From Dehalococcoidia bacterium (GTDB lineage: Bacteria > Chloroflexota > Dehalococcoidia > Bin125), in contig CAXXRD010000005.1 in NCBI GenBank assembly GCA_963663895.2, positions 160,408 through 224,407 of the forward strand: a stretch of 64,000 nucleotides of DNA. Direction: 5' to 3'. The notes beneath the pieces are model-generated. The model had not been told where the DNA came from and did no database searches. It saw only the letters and a list, made by a program, of their open reading frames with translations. Of this stretch, positions 48,850 through 55,947 are shown in pieces. The first letter of the stretch is position 1. Every line of letters begins with the position of its first letter. Position numbers and translations under genes: made by a program.

Positions 48850-50142
48850 TCAGACCCACCCCATCCTGCGCGCCCGTGGCTTACCACCGGATGGCAGTGT
48901 CTGGTCGCACCGCGTAATCCACTTCCGGTAGCCAGGGGAACCTTCCGGGTGGACCTCCATCTCGTAGTTCGTCCCCTGCTCCAAGCCTTCGTCGGCATGG
49001 CGAATGAGGAGGAGAGAGTACGGAGGAATGTACTGACGCAGCTCCTGACCAACAGTCATCCGTACGTCGGCGTTGTGGTATTTCATGATCTCAGGCCGAA
49101 TCGTGGTCTTCTCAGCAACCTTGCCTGTGCTGTCGAAGGCAACGAATCGTACAGTCGGGTGAGGATCCATCTTAGGGTAGGGTTTGTTGCCGGCGACTTT
49201 TGGAGTCGTTTGTCCAGACCAAGGCCACCCAAAGAATCCGGGGTTTTGGTCAATGGCCCTGGCGCTGAGAAAAACCTCAGAGTTGGGTCTTGGTACAACC
49301 TCGATCAGCAACACTGAGGCGATGGCACTGAATCCGCTCGCGGCACTCTCATGTGTCCTCAAAAACCCTTTGTTTGTGTGTGCGGGTATCGCAGACGGTG
49401 GCGCAATCCCAGAGGTCCTGAATGGAAGCTGGGCCTCCCGCTCCTCGGTGCCTCCGTGCTCGCCACGCTCAACCCGTGACCGCGCTTGAATCGCCCGTTC
49501 TGGCTCAACGAGCCCTGCGCTGACCAGCTCGTCTATCAGTTCCGTATCCAGTGCAGCCGCGCTCGGCGAAGCGGAAGGCAGCATCGCAGACCACGCGACG
49601 TCGAATTGGGACCACTGCTCAGACTCCGCGGGAAGGGAAAACTCAAAGGCAACCCCCGCTTCGTAGTTAAGCTCCAGTCCACCGAGAGTCAGGTTGTGGG
49701 AGCCGACAAGTGCTTGCGCTTCGGTAGCACCGTCGAACAAGTACAGTTTCGGATGGAAAGTCACGCTCGGATTCGGTTCGTAAAGGACACTCACCGCATC
49801 GAAGCGATCAAGCAGCAGGCGGAGTGCTTCCTCGCTGGTCCCACGATGGTCGATTCCAATAATGGCTTCCGCGCGACCACCCCGGGCACGGAACTCGTCA
49901 ACGGCCTGGATGATTCGGACGACACCAGCCTTGCGAGCAAAGGCAACTGCGACCCGAGCTCGTGTGAACCTCTCGTCGTGGAGGTAACCAGCTACGAACT
50001 CTCGTGCCCGAACCTTGCCGGCCGGCGCCTCATGAGGGGCAAGAAGCTTGAAGTTCACGGCCGTCTGGCATCCAGTGGGGCTGCGATTCTCACGTGCGGC
50101 GCATTTTGACACACTCAGACGGTGGTAGTCCGGTCCCTGCAT
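48850..50142 (-). CDS. PLD/HKD-family nuclease with a probable B3-like DNA-binding C-terminal domain (BfiI/NgoFVII-like restriction endonuclease)
   Basis: Single HKD motif FHPKLYLFDG...LVGSHNLTLGGL in the N-terminal half, followed by a ~170-aa beta-rich C-terminal domain. Sits in an operon with two MTases. Confidence 0.7.
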   Translation of the reverse strand: MQGPDYHRLSVSKCAARENRSPTGCQTAVNFKLLAPHEAPAGKVRAREFVAGYLHDERFTRARVAVAFARKAGVVRIIQAVDEFRARGGRAEAIIGIDHRGTSEEALRLLLDRFDAVSVLYEPNPSVTFHPKLYLFDGATEAQALVGSHNLTLGGLELNYEAGVAFEFSLPAESEQWSQFDVAWSAMLPSASPSAAALDTELIDELVSAGLVEPERAIQARSRVERGEHGGTEEREAQLPFRTSGIAPPSAIPAHTNKGFLRTHESAASGFSAIASVLLIEVVPRPNSEVFLSARAIDQNPGFFGWPWSGQTTPKVAGNKPYPKMDPHPTVRFVAFDSTGKVAEKTTIRPEIMKYHNADVRMTVGQELRQYIPPYSLLLIRHADEGLEQGTNYEMEVHPEGSPGYRKWITRCDQTLPSGGKPRARRMGWV

Positions 50143-50372
50143 GGGTTGCAGCCCCTATGTGGGGCTCGTGTCAGGTCCCCTTCCTACGGAGACCCGAAGT
50201 ACGCTCAGAACGAGAGCTTTACGTAGAATCGGGCGCATCTCTTTTCGCACGAGCGCGTCGTCATGCCGATGTCTCTGCTGTGCTAGGGGGATGACACAGC
50301 CTGTTTCGGGCGGACCGGCTGAACACCAGGATCTAGGTGCCTGGCTACAGAGCCATGGCCAACTCGAACGTG

Positions 50373-50383
50373 CGTAGTACAGT
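50373..50383 (+). repeat. CGTAGTACAGT motif, copy 1
   Basis: Exact 11-mer. With flanks, CGAACGTGCGTAGTACAGT (50365-50383) matches copy 3 at 18/19. Confidence 0.6.
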
Positions 50384-50399
50384 CCCGTCGGGTGTACCA
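50381..50399 (+). repeat. Degenerate direct repeat of the tRNA-Arg 3-prime end (candidate attR)
   Basis: AGTCCCGTCGGGTGTACCA versus tRNA 45752-45770 AGTCCTGCCGGGGGTACCA: 16 of 19 identical, same orientation. Confidence 0.5.
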
Positions 50400-50461
50400 A
50401 TGTGGACTGTGGGAGTAATTGGCTCTGGTGGCCGAAGCGGATTGTGGTCGCCTGGACGACG

Positions 50462-51031
50462 CTAGATCTGCCCGTAGCGGGAGCAGCTTGTGAGGTGGTC
50501 GTTCACGAGGCCGGCGGACTGCATGAAGGCGTAGCAGATCGTCGGGCCGACGAAGGAGAAGCCGTAGCGGCGCAGCGTCTTGCTCATGGTGCGTGACTCG
50601 TCTGTCTGCGCTGGCAGGTCGGCGAGGCTGAGGAAGGCGTTGCGGCGGGACTCGCCCTTGACGAAACTCCAGAGGAAAGCGTCGAGGGAGCCCTGCTCGG
50701 CCTGCACGGCGAGCGTCGCGCGGGCGTTGGCGATGGCGGCGGCGATCTTGGCGCGGTTGCGGATGATGCGGGCGTCGCCGCGGAGCCGTTCGCAGTCGGC
50801 ATCGTCGTAAGCAACGACGGTCGCGATGTCGAAGCCGTCGAAGGCGGCGCGGTAGCCCTCGCGCCTGTGGAGAACGGTGCGCCAGGAGAGCCCCGCCTGC
50901 GCCCCTTCGAGGACGAGGAGCTCGAAGAGAGCGCGGTCGTCGCGGATGGGGACGCCCCACTCTTCATCGTGGTAGCGCTGCATGAGGGGGTCGTCGCCGG
51001 CCCACGCGCAGCGGGTGAAGAGATCGGTCAC
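50462..51031 (-). CDS. tag: DNA-3-methyladenine glycosylase I
   Basis: RCAWAGDDPLMQRYHDEEWGVP...LVLEGAQAGLSW. Confidence 0.9.
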   Translation of the reverse strand: MTDLFTRCAWAGDDPLMQRYHDEEWGVPIRDDRALFELLVLEGAQAGLSWRTVLHRREGYRAAFDGFDIATVVAYDDADCERLRGDARIIRNRAKIAAAIANARATLAVQAEQGSLDAFLWSFVKGESRRNAFLSLADLPAQTDESRTMSKTLRRYGFSFVGPTICYAFMQSAGLVNDHLTSCSRYGQI

Positions 51032-51190
51032 GGCGGGAGAGGGTAGCAGGGCGTACGAGGGCGACGCTTACGATCCGCACACACCCGGCAGGGCCAGGAG
51101 GCCAACCTGTCAGAAGACGCTACGCCGACTAGCCAGCAGCCAACGACGGTGGTAGGACAGGAGGCCATGGCAGCCAGCGGGAGAGGGCCC

Positions 51191-52549
51191 ATGCCACGGC
51201 GCATTGCCATTGTTGGTGGCGGCATTTCAGGGCTGGGCGCCGCCTGGGCGCTGTATCACCACCCGGACCGTTTTGATTTTCGGCTGTTCGAGGCGCGGGA
51301 ACAGGTTGGCGGCAATGCGATTACCGCTGATATGCCGCAGGATGACGGCAGCTCGATTCCCTTCGACATCTCTGTCACCGCTTGTATCCCGTCGGTCTAT
51401 CACCACGTTCTGCTGCTGATGGAAAAGTTCGGCATCGAGCTGATCGATACCCGGTTCAGCTACAGCGTGAAGTACGGCGGGCAGGTCTACGCCCACGATT
51501 TCGATTCCGAGATCAGGGAGCAGCTGCAAGCGGAGATCGCGAGGTTCCAGCGAGTCTTGAGATGGTTGCATTGGTTTGGTTGGCTGAGCCGCTCCCAATC
51601 GAAGTTGCTGAACGCCCTCAATCCGTTCAATTACCTCAGCATGGGGACGATCCTGAATCTGGGAGGATTTTCTGGAGACTTCCGCTACAAGATTCTGAAG
51701 CCTATGTTCGTCAATTTCCTGATGGCGACGAACGTATTCGATATGCCTGCGGCGCTCTTCGCGAGGTATCTCGAATTCTTCGATATCGAAACCGCGACGC
51801 CCATGCGGACCTGGGACCAGGGAACGCGACGCATCTACGAAAACTTAGCGGCCAACTTTCGGGACAAGATCTACCTCAACCGGCCCGTCCGAAAGGTGTA
51901 CCGGCGGGCGTCCCGCGTCGTAGTCGAGGACGAGGACGGCGTACGGGAGACGTTCGACCAAGTGGTGTTCGCCTGCAATGCGAACCAGACGCTGATGATC
52001 CTCGACAACCCCACGCTTCTTGAGCGCTATATCCTCTCGTCGATCCGCTATGAGAGTGAACTTCACAACCACGCGGTCGTCCACTCCGACGCCTCAGTCC
52101 TGCCGGACAACGAGGTGAAGCCCCTGACAACGCGGAGCACGCATGTCGAGCAGTACGGCGCGAGACCGGACAACTATGAGATCACATACATCATGCACAA
52201 CCAGCAACCATGGGCGAATCGGTCCGATAAGCCTTGTCTGGTGACCTACAACCCGATCAGCTCCATTGATGAACGAAAGATCGTCAAGAGGTGGTGGTTT
52301 CAGCACATCGTCCATGACGTGCGCCACGTGGTATTGCTCGTCAACTTGTTCCGCTTCATTCAGGGCAAGAGGCGCACGTGGCACTGTGGCGCTCACACGC
52401 TGATCAACAGCCAGGAAACCTGCCTCGTTACCGGGCTCGCCACTGCCAGACAGATCGGCGCCGACTACCCCTTCGACGATCCTGCGGCGAAGCGGTCGTT
52501 CAACTATTACGGGAGCATCATGTACGGCTCGCGATTCCGGAAGGCGTAG
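51191..52549 (+). CDS. NAD/FAD-binding oxidoreductase (COG2907, amine-oxidase/CrtI-like fold)
   Basis: Dinucleotide fold RIAIVGGGISGLGAAWAL...FEAREQVGGN. C-terminal WHCGAHT...ETCLVTG. ATG 51191 is preferred (the ORF is open from 51149). Confidence 0.75.
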   Translation: MPRRIAIVGGGISGLGAAWALYHHPDRFDFRLFEAREQVGGNAITADMPQDDGSSIPFDISVTACIPSVYHHVLLLMEKFGIELIDTRFSYSVKYGGQVYAHDFDSEIREQLQAEIARFQRVLRWLHWFGWLSRSQSKLLNALNPFNYLSMGTILNLGGFSGDFRYKILKPMFVNFLMATNVFDMPAALFARYLEFFDIETATPMRTWDQGTRRIYENLAANFRDKIYLNRPVRKVYRRASRVVVEDEDGVRETFDQVVFACNANQTLMILDNPTLLERYILSSIRYESELHNHAVVHSDASVLPDNEVKPLTTRSTHVEQYGARPDNYEITYIMHNQQPWANRSDKPCLVTYNPISSIDERKIVKRWWFQHIVHDVRHVVLLVNLFRFIQGKRRTWHCGAHTLINSQETCLVTGLATARQIGADYPFDDPAAKRSFNYYGSIMYGSRFRKA

Positions 52550-52627
52550 CGCTGGATGCCATGGAACCTCCGCGGCCGGAGATCATCCGAGCGGGGAGCG
52601 CGTCCGTCCTGGAGTCGTAACATGAGG

Positions 52628-53683
52628 CTATGTCGTCGATGTGGAGTCCCCGTAATCGCTCAGATCGGGATAGAACTGGGCGCAATAAGCTCGAAAGGTC
52701 CGCATCTCCCCATCGGAGCGGCAGAGGCGCGGATGGGAGAGGTACTGTTTGCGGCCCCAGATCACCACGTCCTGCAGCACGTCATGCTTCTGCTGCAGCG
52801 ACATGAACTTGTTCATGAGGGGCGCGCGCAGCCTCCGCGGCAGAAATCCCAGACCGACAATCCGCCGCCTCGGGTTGCGTATCTCCCGCACCTGCGAGAC
52901 CAGCGACAGGTCGATGAGCGTGCCGTCGACCGGCGTCGCCAATACCCACAGACGCAGATCCATGTCGATCGAACGCTCGTGGATCTCCACGAACGAGTAG
53001 CCCAGCCCATAGATGCGGGCTTTGGCGGAGATGTCGAAGTTGAGGGTCATGATTCCGGCGATCCGCCGGGATGACCGGAAGTCGAAGCCGGTCTTGAGCA
53101 AGGGACCGTCCACCGCTACCGGATCGACGCCGCCCACATTGTCGTATCCGTGGACGTAGCGAAGGTGAGCCAGATCCACGGAGTTCTCCGTGGTCTCCTG
53201 GGGATGGCCGGGGAAGCGCAGGGTTTGGATCTTGAAGTCACTCCAGCCGGCCTGGTCCGGGTCCGCAGGCAGGTGCCATTGCGGCGCTCGGCCCTCGATC
53301 CCCCACCAGGCGAAGATCAGGCCGTGGATCACTCGTGTCTCGAAGACTCGCAACCTCGCGGACCTGGGTGGGGCGGCGAAGGGAGTGGCGACGCATTGAC
53401 CGGTAGTATCGAACTCAAAGCCGTGGAAGGGGCAGACGAGCCGGCCATCGCAAATGCGCCCCCCCGCGGCGGGTCCCAGATCGGAGCCCAGGTGCGGGCA
53501 GACGGCCTCGGCGACGCAGACGCGCCCGTTCTCTTCACTCCAGACGACAACGTTCTCGTCCATCCAGGTCTTTTGGATGAGCTTCGCCTTCAGGATGTCC
53601 CGGCGGCTTGCGACGAAATACCATCCCTCGGGAAACAGGGAAGGGAATGGGGCGATCGCGGGTTCCCCACGCTGGGTTGGCAT
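52628..53683 (-). CDS. Rieske [2Fe-2S] non-heme-iron oxygenase (KshA/Neverland/SdmA-like class)
   Basis: Rieske CPHLGSDL...CPFHGFEF. Mononuclear iron motif ENSVDLAHLRYVH. GAGGAG RBS before ATG 53683. Confidence 0.85.
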   Translation of the reverse strand: MPTQRGEPAIAPFPSLFPEGWYFVASRRDILKAKLIQKTWMDENVVVWSEENGRVCVAEAVCPHLGSDLGPAAGGRICDGRLVCPFHGFEFDTTGQCVATPFAAPPRSARLRVFETRVIHGLIFAWWGIEGRAPQWHLPADPDQAGWSDFKIQTLRFPGHPQETTENSVDLAHLRYVHGYDNVGGVDPVAVDGPLLKTGFDFRSSRRIAGIMTLNFDISAKARIYGLGYSFVEIHERSIDMDLRLWVLATPVDGTLIDLSLVSQVREIRNPRRRIVGLGFLPRRLRAPLMNKFMSLQQKHDVLQDVVIWGRKQYLSHPRLCRSDGEMRTFRAYCAQFYPDLSDYGDSTSTT

Positions 53684-53858
53684 CCTTCGATACTCCTCAC
53701 TCGGAATCTCGGGTTGCCGGCCTCCATTGCCAAGATACCCGTCTAGGATACGAGAACCGCTTGCCCATCACACCCGGTCCACCCACTTGCCTGTGCGTCC
53801 CGCGTCCCCTGCGGGACGGTCATCCGTCTTTTTCCCTGCCCGGTAAGTAAGGTAGACT

Positions 53859-53907
53859 GTCCATTATGGGGAAAGTCTAAGCCGCTTAGGCTTTCCCCAT
53901 AATGGAC
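53859..53907. promoter_or_regulatory. Perfect 49-nt palindrome/hairpin covering the first ATG of the GPP34-P450 gene
   Basis: GTCCATTATGGGGAAAG (53859-53875) pairs perfectly with CTTTCCCCATAATGGAC (53891-53907). The inner CTAAG/CTTAG stem has a 3-nt CCG loop. This gives 22 Watson-Crick pairs plus one T-G. Confidence 0.85.
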
Positions 53908-55947
53908 GGGGCAAAACTCATGGCTATCGCGACGAAAGCTGGGGTCACCCAGTCGCTCAGTTTGCCCGACGAGCTCGTCCTGATGCTCCTCAACGAAGAG
54001 AGCGGCTACTTTCGCCAAATACCCGGCTGGAATTTGAACTGCGCCGTCGTCGGCGCCGTACTCGCGGAACTGTCGCTGGACTCTCGCATTGACACGGATA
54101 TGGAGTCCCTGATCCTTCTGGACCAGACGGAGACGGGCGACCCGGCCCTGGACCCCATCCTGAAGGAGATTGCAAGCGAACCAGTGCAACGGAACGCCCA
54201 GTATTGGGTTGAGCGGCTCGCTCCCCATGCGGAGTCGATCATTGATTTGACCATGGATCGCTTGGTTGACCTGAAGATCCTGCAACGCCACGAAGGCGAT
54301 TTTTGGTCGCTGGCCAGTACTGCTTGGCAGACGGATCTACTCAGCAACTCCCATGAAGGCACCGCGGCTGAGTTCGTCAGAACGCGCATCAACAGAGTGA
54401 TCTTCAGCAACGAGATTCCGAGCCCGAGAGATATCATCCTTGTTTGCCTCATCGATACGTGCGATCTCTTTCGCTTCATGTTCCAACTCGAGGACGAGTC
54501 GGAGGAACGGATCCAGCTCATCTGCAAGATGGATTTGATCGGCCGGTCCATCGCCGAGGCGGTCTCCGTCAACATCGCCAGTCCGGCGCTTCGGCGCCCC
54601 GCCTTGACTAAGTCAATTCCGACTGTCCCGCTGCGGCGGCTCCTGCTCAATCCCCATGCTCGCGGCGGCAATATTCCCGCACTCTTTGCGGATCTCGCCG
54701 AGAAGCACGGCCCGGTGTTCGAGATCCGCCCGCCGTTTAAGAAACCCATGATCTTTCTGGCCGGGCCCGAGACAAATCACTGGGCACATCGGCACGGGCG
54801 GATGTACCTGAGAGCCAGGGACTATCTCCATGACTTCGAGAAGATCTATGGCGCGTCTGGACTACTGCCGGCGCTGGACGGCGCCGATCATTTTCGCTTG
54901 CGCAAGTCCCTGCAGCAGGGTTACTCGCGCGCGAGATTGGAAGGGCAGGTGGATCAGCTCTACCGTCTTGCCCGGACGCACATGGCGGATTGGACGGTTG
55001 GAGACATTGTCCCCATGGTCACCCTGTGCCGGCGTTTGATGAACGCGCAAATCTCGCCGCTCTTAACCAGCGTGGATTCGCAGGATCTCTTCGACGATCT
55101 AGTCAAATTCAAGGACCGGGCACTCAAAACGACGCTCTTGGGGGTCATGCCCAAGTTCATGCTGCATACCCCGAGCATGAAACGCCGGGCGAAGCAGATC
55201 GACGTACTGATGGAGCGGGTCCAGAGTAGCCATACGCCCGCCCAGCGGACTGGCCGTCCTCGTGATCTTGCGGATGAGTTTCTCAGCCTGCACGCGAGCG
55301 ATCCACAGTTCCTACCGGAGTCGAATCTGCGCTTCAAATTTACGGCGCCGGTGATCGCCAGCATGTACAGCGGCGATACGCTGAGCTTCGTGGTCCACGC
55401 CATGGTGTCGCAGCCTGCGTTCTACGAGAGAATCCGGAGTGAAGCCGATGCCTTGTTTGACGGCGGCGATCCGGACGGCAAGGATTTCACCCCATCCGCG
55501 ATCGATGTCACTCGCCGTTTCATCATGGAGTGCCTGCGCCTGTATCCGATCATCCCGATGTCGATTCGAAACGTGATGAATACGTGCGTGGTTGAGGACT
55601 ACGAACTGCCGGAGGGGGCGCAGGTTTACGTAGCCCAAACCGCCACGCATTACATGAGCGACGCTTTCCCGGAGCCCCTCTCTTTCGATATCGATCGCTA
55701 CCTGCCTCCGCGCGGTGAACATATTGGTCCCAACTACGCCCCGTTCGGACTGGGCACGCACACATGTCTCGGCGGCCGGTGGGTGGAACTGCAAGTGGCG
55801 ATCAACCTGCTGATGCTCGCGCATTACTTCACGTTCGAGCTGTCGCCCCCGAACTCCAAGCTCCGGGTCAACATGTTTCCGTCGATGTCTATCAAGAAGA
55901 AGGTGAAGTGCGTCATCGCTGAGCAGAGACGCGAGTTGAACGTCTAA
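53902..55947 (+). CDS. GPP34 (GOLPH3-like) domain fused to cytochrome P450
   Basis: - N-terminal ~200 aa: GPP34 pattern (LSLPDELVLMLLNEESGYF, CAVVGAVLAELSLDSRI, TGDPALDPIL).
- C-terminal ~450 aa: P450 (ExxR ECLRLYP, FDIDRYLPPR, heme loop FGLGTHTCLGGRWVELQ).
- Start is ATG 53902 or 53920. Confidence 0.8.
   Translation: MDGAKLMAIATKAGVTQSLSLPDELVLMLLNEESGYFRQIPGWNLNCAVVGAVLAELSLDSRIDTDMESLILLDQTETGDPALDPILKEIASEPVQRNAQYWVERLAPHAESIIDLTMDRLVDLKILQRHEGDFWSLASTAWQTDLLSNSHEGTAAEFVRTRINRVIFSNEIPSPRDIILVCLIDTCDLFRFMFQLEDESEERIQLICKMDLIGRSIAEAVSVNIASPALRRPALTKSIPTVPLRRLLLNPHARGGNIPALFADLAEKHGPVFEIRPPFKKPMIFLAGPETNHWAHRHGRMYLRARDYLHDFEKIYGASGLLPALDGADHFRLRKSLQQGYSRARLEGQVDQLYRLARTHMADWTVGDIVPMVTLCRRLMNAQISPLLTSVDSQDLFDDLVKFKDRALKTTLLGVMPKFMLHTPSMKRRAKQIDVLMERVQSSHTPAQRTGRPRDLADEFLSLHASDPQFLPESNLRFKFTAPVIASMYSGDTLSFVVHAMVSQPAFYERIRSEADALFDGGDPDGKDFTPSAIDVTRRFIMECLRLYPIIPMSIRNVMNTCVVEDYELPEGAQVYVAQTATHYMSDAFPEPLSFDIDRYLPPRGEHIGPNYAPFGLGTHTCLGGRWVELQVAINLLMLAHYFTFELSPPNSKLRVNMFPSMSIKKKVKCVIAEQRRELNV

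Larger units (their letters stand above)
45771..50399. mobile_element. tRNA-Arg-adjacent genomic island carrying a restriction-modification module (no integrase seen)
   Basis: Begins right after the tRNA 3-prime end. GC is low (43% in line 46081-46140). Ends at a 16/19 copy of the tRNA 3-prime end (50381-50399). All three genes are on the minus strand, 3-48 nt apart. Confidence 0.55.

Noticed and set aside
50150-50166. Short hairpin AGCCCC-TATGT-GGGGCT just upstream of the PLD nuclease start
   Set aside because: It is only 6 bp with no repeat partner. It might be part of an operator for the HTH-MTase, but the evidence is too thin to call.
53743-54291. 182-aa minus-strand ORF overlapping the palindrome and the GPP34 domain
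   Set aside because: It overlaps the strongly supported GPP34-P450 N-terminus on the other strand. It has no motif and would start inside the P450 gene.
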